From Camelus ferus (lineage: Eukaryota): 64,000 bases of DNA. The stretch is from assembly GCF_009834535.1 (NCBI RefSeq), contig NC_045698.1, positions 8,868,001 through 8,932,000 of the forward strand, given 5' to 3'. A program made the translations under genes and the position numbers. Positions 12,808-24,904 of the stretch are shown here, piece by piece. Each line of letters starts with the position of its first letter. Positions within the stretch are counted from its first letter, which is position 1. Under the pieces are notes generated by a model, which worked only from the letters and a program-made list of their open reading frames with translations, had not been told where the DNA came from and searched no databases.

Positions 12808-13685
12808 TTTATTTAAACGGTAGATGGAACTCACAACTGGAATTGTATGTGCCTGGAGTTTTATTTGTAGGAAGACTTTTTAAGAAACAAATTCAATTAA
12901 AAAAAAAAGTAAGACTATTCTGACTTTCTGTTCTATCTTCTGCCTGCTTCGGTAAGCTGTGTTTTTAAACATGTGTGTCCATTTCATCCAAGATGCTCAA
13001 TTTGTTGTAATCAAGTTGTTTAATATTATCCTTTCCATGTCTGTAAGATCTGTAGTAATAATCCCTTGTTCATTTGTAATACTTTTAATTTATTCTCTCT
13101 GTCTTTTTCTCTTGATTAGTTTAGCTAGGTTTTTTTTTTTAATAGATTTTTTGTCTTTTCAAAGAATCTCTTGTGCCTTTAAAATTTTCTCTATTTTTTA
13201 ACTTTACTGATCTCTGCTCTTATCATTTTTATTTCTTTTCTTCTACTTACTTTGGGCTTGTTTTGCTCTCTTTTTTTTAGTTTCTGAAAATGGAAAGTTA
13301 GGTGACTTAATTTAGACCTTCAAGTCTAATGTAAGTATTTAAAGTGATCAATTTCCTAGTAGTCGTGGTTTTAACTAAACTCAACAATTTTCTATATGTT
13401 ATGTTTGAATTTTCATTCAGTTTGTAACATTTTCTAATCCTTCTTGTTATATGTCCCCAGAATAATGCATTATTTAGAAGTATGTTTTTGAATTTCCAAA
13501 TATTTGAGGTTTTCCTAAATATCATCAATGTTTTTTTCAAAAAGCATACTATTTCAGTCTTCTTATTATTTTTTTAATTCTTATTTTACAGGATATTGTG
13601 TGGGCTATCTTCGTGAACATAACATGTAAATATGAAAAGAAAGTGGATTCTACTGTGGGAGGTACAGTATTCCATGTATATTTCT
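12808..13685 (-). mobile_element. Old L1 ORF2 remnant, right part
   Basis: ORF 13307-13540(-) reads WKFKNILLNN..IRKCYKLNENSNITYRKL..KLITLNTYIR, homologous to the L1 ORF2p segment WKLNN.LLNN..IRKYFELNEN.NTTYQNL..KFIALNAYIR. Confidence 0.9.
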
Positions 13686-15229
13686 CCCCATGTTCCTTTT
13701 TTAATATTCGGAAGGAAGACCATATCAACAGTGATAACTCAGGATAATAATTTCCTTTCTCAGAGTAGAGATGAAGATTTTGTTCAGAGTGTGGAAGAAG
13801 TATTAGAGGACATTTTTGCTTGGCAGATATCTAATTCAATTTTACCACTGAAATGAAACAATTATTTATCTTAAAACTCTCTTTTAATAGGTATAATTTA
13901 TTCATTTTTTGTTAGAAAAATGTATAATACAGACTGCTATTAAGGTCTTAAAACTAGCGATTAAATATATGAGGACTTAATGAAAAATGTTCAGTGAAGG
14001 TTAATTCCCTTGGTCGCTCTTGTCTTGCATTTGTCTTTCTTGTAACTGCAATGCAGCCACCAAGGAGAACAGGCCAGGAACAGAAAAGAAACAAATCCTG
14101 AACCAGGTCTGCTTTCCTCCACGAGGTTAAGGTATTCACAACATGTTCAAAGAGCTGTTTTCTTCATTTTCCTATCGCATCTTCATTTTACAAAGTGTAT
14201 TTTTATTTCCCATCATCATGAAATTTCCCACCATCATGAATAGACTGAAGCTTCCTGGAAATATTTTTTTTTCCCTGTTAAGAAAAGGCAAAAAATAATC
14301 TGTCCAGTTTTATTTACACTGTACCAAATAATATAATTCAAAGCATACACTGAATATAGATGATGAAAATATTTTAGTCACTCTAATCGCTATAAAATAG
14401 AAGTTTTTAACTCTGAGTAGGGCTCTGTATGTAATATAGAGGAAAAAAGTTGACCAGATAACCATAAATTAAAATTACATTCCAGCAGAGCATTCTAGTC
14501 TTTAAATAGCATCACATCATTTTGAAATGATTTTCAGTGTCATTGAATTTGCACATTTATAGTTTTGGATTAGCCTCTTTATGATTTAGCAGGACAAAAG
14601 CTTGCTATGGATAAATTTACTATTTAATGTTTTATTTGAATCTTTTTAGCTTATCATAACACTTAATAAAATGTATTTTTCCTAATGTTGTAAATGATGG
14701 AAGAAAATGTAGTGACCGCATATATCTCGCATACAGATATGGTGCGATTTGAATGGCACTTAGAAACAGCCTATACATAGTGATAAATAGAAAATGATTA
14801 AATCTCCTTAGAAATTTCAGCTTAAAATGTTAATTCAATCAGCAAATCCTAAATAAGAATGCCCTATGCACAAATTATATTTAGTTATATTTATATTTTA
14901 TTTTATTTATTTATACAAATTATTTATATGTACTTACGTAAATGTATCTTAAAATACATTTACAAAACCAGTAACCATTTAGCACAATTTTTAAGTCTTG
15001 AAAAAGAGGCACATTCAAACTAACCAATAAAATTGAATTAGAATCTGGAAAATAAAAACGTGTATCCAGATGGAAAATGGAGCGTAAGGTTATGTTTATT
15101 TGTACATAAACACGTGGATTAAGTATGAGTCAGATAAGCAGTAAAACGGAAACTGGAGTGTTCCCCACTTGTTAGTTTTCAGAATTCTGTTTTGACATTC
15201 ATTTAGCCACTCTCTCTCTCTCTCTCTTT

Positions 15230-15490
15230 TTTTTTTTTAACACCTTTATTGTGGTATGATTCCTGTACACTAAACTACACATATTTCAAACATACAATTT
15301 GATGAATTTTGATAGATGTCTACACCAGTGAAACCACTACCACAATCAAGATAGCTAAGATTTCCATCAGTCCCCAAGAGGTGCAATTTTCAAACTCCCA
15401 GTTTATCCCTTCCCACCCCCTTTCCTCACTGGTAGCCATCATTTCGTTCTCTATGTCTGTGAGTCTGTTTCTGCTTTGTAGGTAAGTCTG
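15230..15490 (-). mobile_element. Composite L1 3' end (older L1MB/MC-like tail joined to a younger L1 3'UTR piece)
   Basis: 15230-15380 matches the old L1 tail ('acacctttattgtggtatgatt...gtgaaaccactaccacaatcaagatag'); 15382-15490 matches the younger 3'UTR also seen at 25170-25205. Confidence 0.7.
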
Positions 15491-15501
15491 TTTTTGTTTT
15501 G

Positions 15502-15540
15502 CCACTGTCTGGGTTACCACTGTCCTGGTTACCACTGTCC
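15502..15540 (+). repeat. 15-bp tandem repeat, ~2.6 copies (ccactgtc[tg/ct]ggtta)
   Basis: Units at 15502-15516, 15517-15531 and partial 15532-15540. Confidence 0.9.
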
Positions 15541-15639
15541 CCTCGAGACATGATTACTCGGATATCCTCAGTTGACCAGTCATCAGCACACTTCCTTGGG
15601 TTCAGTCTTTCCTTTAAAGTTAATTCATCTCATTCAGTT

Positions 15640-15902
15640 GTCTGTCCAAATTCACTTTAGCAGGACGGACTTCTGGGCGTTCTCTCTAAACTATCAGCCC
15701 ACCGCTTACTGCCCTTGATGTTCCACACTAGTACTTGTATCCACCTTGCATGCCACCTTGCATGGGTTTGCCTACTTAAGCGTCATCTCCCCACGCTGGA
15801 ATGTCAGTGCTAGGACGGTCAGGGTTTTGTTTGGTTCTGTTCTGTTTCAGCACCTCAGGACCTGGTTAGCTGCTCGATAAATGACCCTGGAATGAATGAA
15901 TC
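15640..15902 (+). mobile_element. L2 3' end
   Basis: 'tctccccacgctggaatgtcag...cagggttttgttt...gctgctcgataaatg..ctggaatgaatgaat' is the L2 terminus. Confidence 0.75.
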
Positions 15903-16799
15903 CATTTGTGGTTGAAAAAAGGATGCAATTCCTTTCTCCTCTAGACGGTGAGCTTCATGCTACTAGAGGACCACGTATAATCCCACTTTTCCAATTAGCG
16001 ATATACTCTCCACTTCCTCGCAGCACTGTCCCTGTGATTTTGCTGGATTCCAGTTTCAGCCCTAGCTCTAAGCCACCCATGGCCCCATGTGATCAGAGTC
16101 TTCTTTTCCTTGATAATGTTCTTCGTTTCAAAGCCACTTCTACCACTTATCCACTGAGATTTCACTGTGTCATCCTGTAAAATCTCTCCGGTCCACTCAG
16201 ACTCCCCTTCTAAACAAGCCCAACACGTCTGCAAGTTGTTCAAAGGGCCTCGGGGCTTCGCCCCTTTTGGTCTTGGAATTTCTTGCCTATGTCTCCTCTG
16301 TGGTTCAGAGTTTTTTCAGCTCCTACGTCAAGATTTTTAGTGTACTCTCAGCTTCTGTGTCTAAACCTCTCCACTGAGGTAAATAAATATATTTTATGCC
16401 TTACTTTGGTATAGTGCTCCAAAGACTCAGAACATTTATATGTATATTTTCCTAGTTAGTTAAAAATAATACATTTCATTAACTGGAAGTAACTCTTGTT
16501 ATTCCTAATGACCATTCCCTTTGCAGTTTTGTTTTGGGAAAAGGCGCCCCTTTTCTGACCCTAATAGAAAGCAATTTTCCTCCTCCTTGTGACCTCAGGG
16601 AAAGACTCTTCTCAAAGGTGATAGATCCACCTTAAATTCCCTAAAACTTTCCCAAATTATCTCCCCAAATACCGCATGCAAGTACCCCAGGTTAGGGTTC
16701 CTGTCTGAAATAGTCGATCATATTCTATCCCTAATTTAATTTAACCTACATTGCGTGGGCCCTGTCATGTATGGATAACATATTTAATAATTAGAGACA

Positions 16800-17020
16800 A
16801 TAATGGAATAAAAATACTTAAACATATACTGTATACTCAGTAATGCATGCTTCATGTGTCTATAAAGAACTTCATAAATGTTATTCTACGTACTTTCACT
16901 AAAATATGTGGGCAATAATAACTTCACTGATGAGATAACTAAGGATAAAGGAATTAAGTAATTTCAAAGGGCAATTGGTTCTTAAGAGGTTAATTGAATC
17001 TAATTGCTCTTCTCCACTAT
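16800..17020 (-). mobile_element. MIR SINE, degenerate
   Basis: 'cttcactgatgagataactaagg...ggaattaagtaatttc' antisense MIR core. Confidence 0.55.
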
Positions 17021-18039
17021 GCTAATGAAACCTCTGCTTTCCTTCTCCTGAAGTTCATTCAATCACTGTAAATCTGAATGCCTCCCCCTTGTGAGCTCAC
17101 ATTCTAATGAGTTGCCCCAGGAATCAGGAGAGACGTGTGTAAACAGGCAACCTCTGTGCAGATGACGACTAGCATTGGCCTTGGCCTTGGATCTGCTTCT
17201 CCTTTGGAAGAAGTAAAGGTGCTAGAACACCTGCTCAAGCTTACTTTGCTATTTTTGAGAGGTTTCAGCGGGAGCAAAGCGAGTCCAACCATCTTTCTTG
17301 TAAGCATTGGTTCCACTCATCTACACTGGTTCCGAATGGATGCATCCTGTCACACAGATTCCACTGGAGAGTTGTAAACCACCCTGGGTGAATCTAAAAA
17401 ACATGAAAACTTCAAATTGAACGTGTGAGAAACGGAAAGCACTCATTCTGAGTACTTGCCACCTGAGAGCAGACTTCTCAACAAAATCTTGCTTTTCTTT
17501 TTTGTCTTGGCAAAATATCATTTGCACCACAGCTAGAAAGTTTAGCCAAGTTAATGATTTGAATGATATTACTAGGAAAAATCCTATCAGCAAACATATA
17601 TACTTGTTTTCTTTTTCAGATACCATAAATTTGGGCAGCCAGCACTAAAAATGATCATTTACAAACAGAAGCATCAATGGGACATTCATAATAGCCAAAA
17701 TATTTTAAATACATTAAGGTCCATAATAAGGGGTTGCTATTTTATGAAAATGTTAGTCTAGCAGTTTGATTAAAATGAAAGAAATAAATCTATATTCAAG
17801 ACCTTTTATCCAGCCTGTAGATTGTGAGTTACCCTCCAATAACTCTAACAATCTTTTTTTAAGAGTTTGAATAATTTACTTCTTTACAAAGGAAACGTTA
17901 ATAAATATATCTGACTAATGTAACTGATCTATTAAATTAACCTTTTTATTATTTATTCTATCTTTAGAATATTTAATATAGATAAGTTCAGGTGTAAGAA
18001 TCACTTTGCTTCATTTAATTTGTAACTGAAGGGTTGGCT

Positions 18040-18190
18040 CATAAATTCAACAGTTTTTTACTTATTGCAAGGTGTCTGATTTTATGTTCAATCTCTAGAA
18101 TATAATGAATAGTAAGAAGAGATACCTAAACTCAAAATGCTTGAATTGTGGTGGGAGAGAGAGATGAAAATCAACAGGCAAAATAAACTG
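18040..18190 (-). mobile_element. L2 3' fragment
   Basis: 'attcaacag...atgaatagtaagaagagatacctaaactcaaaatgcttgaattgtggtgggagag'. Confidence 0.45.
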
Positions 18191-19074
18191 TCGAAGGTAT
18201 ATATCAGATTGGTCATGAGACTCTCTGCTTTAAGTTGAGTGTATTTGACTCCCAGTTATTTGGGACCTCATGAAAACAATATGTTAGCAAAGGAATACGC
18301 TTGGGTCTTGCATAATTGTGAACAGAGAACCTGACTGTTTTAAGGGTAGGTCTTGGTATGAGCACTAGTCTTCAATATCTAAGTGTAGCAAGCAGAGACT
18401 CCTTCAGCTTGGATTAATATCCAGAGATTTATTCTTGAAAAGGGCATGGTTTAGGCAACCAACAAACCATTAACATTACTCTTACACCCACTCACTGTTA
18501 ATTTATAGGGAAAGAGAACGTAGAGCCCCAGTTTCATTTGAATTTGACCCAGCGAGAAACCATCACATCACTCAATCTGCACTGTTTGGTGTACTTTGTT
18601 TAGGAAAGCTCATTGCAGCAAAGTCTCTGCAGAGAATCATCAGAAGTACCTCCTTATCACAGGGCAATAATGAGATGAATGTGAAGACAGACATTATACA
18701 ATGGGGGAAAATAGCGATCAGTTACTGAAAGCAGTATGAGAAATCAGAGTTCAGTTCAAGGGATAGAGGAAGAGGTCAAGAGTCTGTAAGTATCATGGGA
18801 GCAAAAGTAAAACTGTTTACAACTTTGGTGTGGTGGATTGTGAAGACAGTGCATGGACGATGAGCATAAATTATCTAAAAACACGGAGACCCGAGTGTGA
18901 AGTGTGCTTGCTTTCATTTCAGTCAGGTACCAACTACCCACATACAGCGTGGAAACAGACATGCCCCCCAAAGGTGGAAGAACTTAAAAGAACGACGATG
19001 AAGTGAATCAGTTCTCTGTGTCTGTTTTTTGTCTTCAGATCGAGTGTCTTCCAAGAGAGGGAAGCTACATTCTC

Positions 19075-19296
19075 TATTTATTTATTCATATTTTATTAAA
19101 AATTTTTTGTTGATGTATAGTTGATTTACAATGTTTCAGATGTATAACAAAAAGATTCATTTATACATCTACATATATATTCTTCTTCAGATTCTTTTCC
19201 AGTACAAGTTATAACAAGATATTGATCATAGTTCCCTTATACCGTAGGTCCTTGTTGTTTATCTGTTTTATGTAGAGTAGTGTGTATCAGTTAGTC
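19075..19296 (-). mobile_element. Short 5'-truncated younger L1 3' end
   Basis: 'ttgatgtatagttgatttacaatgtttcag...acaagatattgatcatagttccc...gtaggtccttgttgtttatct'; possible TSD cattctct/catcctct. Confidence 0.85.
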
Positions 19297-20519
19297 ATCC
19301 TCTTTTGAACAGTAGAGTGGTGTTAGTGTCAGCAGCCAAGGTAATGTGTGGGAAGCAGTCTTCCCCCTGCCTGTTTCCTCTTTACTTATCCTCTTTAAAC
19401 CTGGTACTGCTTACAGTCCCCTAGACTCCACCCCTCCCCACCCTCACAAGCATTCACATAAACCAGTTCATGATGCCACGTATCATCAGTAGCCACCAAA
19501 TGAGAGACACTGAAGAAAAGCAATAATTAGCAAACACTTTTCCTACCTTTGCCTGGGGAGGGACCCATCCTGCAAGAATGATCATGCAGAGCAGTGACCT
19601 GACCTATATATGGCTCTGGGTGTGCTCTGCAGGCCCTGGCATATTAAGAAGGAATCAAGCATTTTAAATGATAATAGAGATCATGGAATATTTTAAGAGC
19701 TTACTCATCTACAGAAATAGTTAATTTCTTTATGAGAAGGAAAGTGAAATTAAGAAACCAAGCTAAAGTAGAATAAAAGCGAGAATCCCTGTGGGGCAAA
19801 AGCTGAAGTAGACGCCAGGTTAATGCATGTGGCTCTTTTCTGTTTTAATTATATTCATCTAATCTTTACCCTCTATGGGGACCCAACATTCTTTTTTTTA
19901 AAGTGAGGATGAAATCCCAAGTTTAGAAGGAAGTACTGGTTTTATTAGACATTAATCTTTTGCATTTTTTAGTGACTCTGTGTGATTTTTTTTTCTGAAA
20001 AATAATAAGTCATTTTTTAAGACATACAAATGCTTTTTAGCTGATACATTAGGAATCTGGTTCTAAGAAGACAAATGATGTCATTTTTTTCAAAGTCTAT
20101 GCTTATACAAATTTTTGCTTTCATTGATTTATGATCATGAGGAGTTTCTGGGAATAAAATTTCCTCAACTAAGTGCTGGTGGCATTTGAAGTATCTTGAG
20201 AATCCTGAGATTTTAGTCAACACTGTGGAAGAATTTCCCAAATTGGAGAAGAAATGGAGAGACCATGGTCTACAGCATGTGTGTGGTCCTCTGGCTCTTC
20301 CTATCCCAGGATTGAATTAAATATGGGTTCATGGGGGCCACCCTTCTACATTCAAGTGTTACATGCTGCCTCCTCTTTTACCCACGTGAGGTTCATGTAT
20401 TCTTAATTCAGTTTTTATTTTTAAATTTACGTCACTAATACATTAGGCAATTAAAGCATGCAGATAATATAGAATAGTGGGTAATCCTCTCAACATAATT
20501 ATGACTACCATTCAATAAA

Positions 20520-20690
20520 TTTGATTTAGGTCTCTGGCATATTATCTCATCTAAACTTTATGCCCATTTATAGATGAAAGAAATGAGATCTGGTGAAATT
20601 AGTTAATTTGCAATTTAGCACAGCTAATTTAAGAAAAAACTAACAGTACAGTTCAGAGAAGCCTTCATTTGAGCCTATTTATTCCACTCC
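20520..20690 (-). mobile_element. MIR fragment
   Basis: 'cccatttatagatgaaagaaatgagatctggtgaaattagttaatttgc...cacagctaat'. Confidence 0.65.
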
Positions 20691-20965
20691 CAGTCTATGT
20701 GAGTTCTTTCAGTCTCATACCAAACTTAAATTTTGATCTGCCTAATATTCTTGGAATATAAAATATTTCAAAGACAGCAATGAACTCTGAGCTAAAGTGG
20801 AAAGAAAAGTTTTGGGATCTGAAGTAATTAACAGACATTCAGGAAAGCTTTTCCGAATTCTAATTATTTATCTGTCTCGCCATTTTTTACGCCCTGTATG
20901 GACTGTTTGTTTTCCATGTGATAATGAATAACTCACATAACCCTCAACAAAAGAAAAACCCCTGC

Positions 20966-20989
20966 ATATATGTATATATATATGTGTGT

Positions 20990-21020
<31 letters not shown>
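20966..21020 (+). repeat. Compound (TA)n(TG)n(CA)n microsatellite
   Basis: atatatgtatatatatatgtgtgtgtacacacaca... read directly. Confidence 0.95.
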
Positions 21021-21022
<2 letters not shown>

Positions 21023-21074
21023 CGCAGAGGCACACACCACATAGACATCCACGCGTTATCTCTATAAACTTGGT

Positions 21075-21555
21075 GGCCAGATGCCTACTGCTGCCTAGCA
21101 AACCAACAATAGCACGGATAGATGGTTGACTATAGTAGCTTTTTCTTAAAGAAATATTAATTTGCTTATGAATCCTTCAGTTTGGTCGGGGCTCATTAGG
21201 GATGGCTTGTCTCTGCACAACGTTGACTCGGGTGGCTTTGCTGGGGGTAGAAGAGCCACTTCCTAGATGGCTGGCAATTCAGCGTTGAATGGGGACACCC
21301 CTGTCAATCATGGCTGGAGGCTGGAGTATCAGCTCTTTTCCACATGGACCTTGAATGAGCATCTCCTTGGCTGCCTGGGCTTCTTTGCATCCTACAGACT
21401 TGGTTTCAAGTGTGCACATCCCAGGAAAGCCAGACAGAAGCTTTATCAACCTTTAGACTCATCCTCAGATGTGCTGTGATTACACTGCAACTATAAAGCA
21501 CCCAGATTCAAAGGCAAAGCATATAGACCCGCTTCTCCGTGGGATGAGTGATGCC
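21075..21555 (-). mobile_element. MaLR solo LTR, MLT1H-like
   Basis: 'ttgcttatgaatc...gggatggcttgtctctgcac...ccacttcctagatggct...ccacatgg...cccagattcaaagg...atagacccgcttctc.gtgggatgagtg'. Confidence 0.75.
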
Positions 21556-24500
21556 TGCTGGGTGGTAGGAAGCACCTGCAAGTAAAATGAAACAAGAGCT
21601 TTCACTGCCCATTCAGATTGGGCTTTAAATAAGGAAATGAGGAAACGCTGGCAGTTGCCCCAGACAACGTGAGACTGACTTTATGTTCAGCTTGAGCACT
21701 CTGTAGTAAAATCAAGTTCTCCCTGGTTACACATCTAGAAGCGTGTATGTTTTAAAAGCATCTAGTTGTAAGCTGTAAGTCTTTATGCCCCCAACAGTGC
21801 ACATGCTACTTTTTGAAGGAATATGCCTGGTGGACTGTAAGAATTTTATTCCTCCAAATGTTACTTAAAATGATAACTTTTCTTTTCAGGACAACATTGA
21901 ACTGATTTCATACTGATTTCATTATGCTCTGCTCAGCACCCGTCCCACTGCTTTGCACACCTGGGTGCTTAATAATGTGATTCGATGATGAATTCCTATT
22001 ATAAAACCTTCATGGGATTCAAAAAAATTTCACTGTATGATTTAGGTTACAGGCATTTGACTAAAGTCTTTTTTTTCCTTTTATTCATTTAATAAATATT
22101 TATTGAGGATTCTCAAGGTCAGAGTTTTTAATTATGGGCTTTGAGAGCAGAATAGAGGGAATTTAATAAATTCCTGATTTCTTTTTTGAAATTATATAAG
22201 GTCCAGGTCAGATGTGTAATTTAAATCTGTTCATTCAACTGAAGTTTATATAAGGTTGTACATAAAGGCCATACCCTTGTCCTTTGAGAGAGGGGACAGT
22301 TATGTTTCTGTCACTTTGGCATATAAGACAATTACACAAATGGTCAATTCAGCAAGTGCTGCTGAGCAAACAGCTAAATGTCTCCTATGAATATCCTTTT
22401 ATCCTCCATCTCAGGGAGTCTACTTGTGTTTCTGTGATAATAGTTATGTTTTATGTATGCATTTTTAAATTGTGAAATTCATGTTTCACATATACACTTA
22501 ATTGTGATCCCTTCGACAGCATTAATTTTTCTTTCATTTATCTATATAAAATGGATTTGGGCAGCAAACTGAAACTACGGTACTTATGAGAGAAAAGTTT
22601 TGTGTACTTAAAAAAACACTGTGGTCACCATTTTAAAGACATGGTTTCCAATGTCACATAGAGACCAGCCCCACAGAACCCACTGACAGTGGCTTGACTG
22701 TTATAAATAATTCTCCTCGATGGATGATTTTCTAAGCCACACACCTGGCTCCACATAGCGTATGAACCTGAAAGCAATCTGCTTACATTTCTTTAGCTAT
22801 AAATTGAATATGTCCATTTTCACCATCTCAGTAAGACACTCACTTCTTCTCTACTCCCCAGCTCAGTGACACATTTTGAATTTCTAATGAAATTAAAGTG
22901 CAAACCTCACCCGTCTCCCCAGGGTCAACTTTTTTCATTTCGAATGGGAGGTGTGTGCAGCAGATCTGTCCCAAATTGTGGGCCTGTCAGGAGCTGCGGG
23001 CACACACACTCTCCTCCCGGCGGACAGGGCAGGGGCTACGGGAGAGGCCATTCTGCCTCAGTGGTACTGAGTGACCTGGTCATTTATTTCACCTCAGCTG
23101 ATATGTTAAGAAGGATGGTAATGCCACCTGCAAGCCCAGTCTTTTTCTTCTCCAGCTAGAAAGTGTTAGTAAATGATACTTTATTGCTTATTTTCTTCTT
23201 CATGTCTTGTACAAAAAGAACATTATCCAGCGTATCCGGGCAGTGTAGGTACTGCTTCAGGGCAGTTCTGTGTCCTCTGTGACATGGGCACTGCTTTTTT
23301 TTACGGCCTCTATGTCTTTTAGTGGGAGAATATTTACACAACTTGATATTAAGTGAGGTTATTAATATTCCTTTTCCTGGGTTGAAATGGTTTCTCCCCT
23401 TAATTCAAATATAATTACTTTTTATTGCCACTCACTTGAATTGCTCATCAGCTACCATGAAGGTTCAAATCTGTTTGGTTTTGTAATGATCCACTTCAAC
23501 CTGAAATGATGGGATGAGAGCCTGCATTTTATAGTTTAATTAATTTGTTCATAAAATGGGTTAGTTACCGAAACTTGTGTTGCTGCTGTGGTAGGTTGAG
23601 TTGTCTGCTGCTATAAGTCAACAATTTACATGAACTGACAGTTTCTCCTGCCTCTGATGGAAACGCATGGTCTTTGGAGAAATTAACCAGGTTGTTATTA
23701 GAGTCATAATTAAACTCGGGGGAAATGGGTGTCCTGACGTTTAATACCTGGACAACAGAGGTTCTTGTAATATTTATCCCTTATATTTGATAAATTATCA
23801 TAATACTAAAAATTACTTGTAAAGCACAAGTTTGTTTATCTCTTTCTTCGTTTTTTGGGTCCACCTGTCTCTAAACTTTCCGTAATCCTTCCAGTGGATG
23901 AACTAATGATCCTATTGATTTCAAGCCTTTCTTACTGTCTGGCAGCAATCATATAGCACCATCATCTGCATGAATTCCTTACGGTCAACACAGACTATTT
24001 TGAAATAATTGGCAATAATCTACCAGACATCTAAATTACTTCCTAATGGTTTAGAATTGAAAAGGAAACTATATCGACTCATTGACCTTGTGTAACTCCC
24101 GGAGATCTTTAGAATGATCTATTTGAAAACTGTTAATTCACTGTTACCAGGTAATATCAGACAAAGCAAGCCATCTATCTCTGAGTCAAAATAAAAAAAA
24201 TTATATTTAAAAATCCCACTCTTCCTTCCAAAGAGTAATTAATGTGTCAGAGTGTAAACTCATATTTGTTTTCACACAAGCTGTTTTCCTTAAACTATTT
24301 AATGTTTTCTTATAAATAGTTACAACTTTTAGGGAATATGCTAATCAGTTTTTGTGTATGTATAAATTCTGTGTAAATAACTTATTGGACTAATTTTTCA
24401 ATTTCTAACTTTTACACAACAATTACATTTTTTAACTACAATTTTTTGAAGGTGCAAACTAAGAGATTGCATCAGTTAGTGTTGTCATGAGGTGTAAATT

Positions 24501-24904
24501 TGAAGTTAATGTTCTAATTTGCTCTTAAAGAGTGAACAGCAAGTCAAACAATATTTTAGGATGTTACGGTTTCATCATTTATTTCTAACCCAAAATTAGA
24601 GTAGAAACTACAAAATAGAAGCAGACCAAGTATGTTCAATAGTTTTGTTTTTAATAGTATAACATATCTTTTTAACATTGTAAGGTTTCCTAAGAAATAT
24701 TAATTTGGTAAAATAACACCATCAATGGTGACTGAATGACTGATACTATTCTCTCTACAATTTTTACATTAATATCTCAAATTACAATGTAAAACCACAT
24801 AGTGAGATAAGTTTTAGAAAGAAATGACCTGTGTTTTAGAGGAATATTGCAACATCTTAGAAGTAATGTGTTATCTTTTTTTCTTTTATTTGTTTTCTTT
24901 TGGT

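Noticed and set aside
15502..15540. Short direct repeats considered as a CRISPR-like array (also 2317-2365 and 53748-53790)
   Set aside because: Only 2-3 copies, no unique 25-45 bp spacers, no cas genes, and a mammalian context
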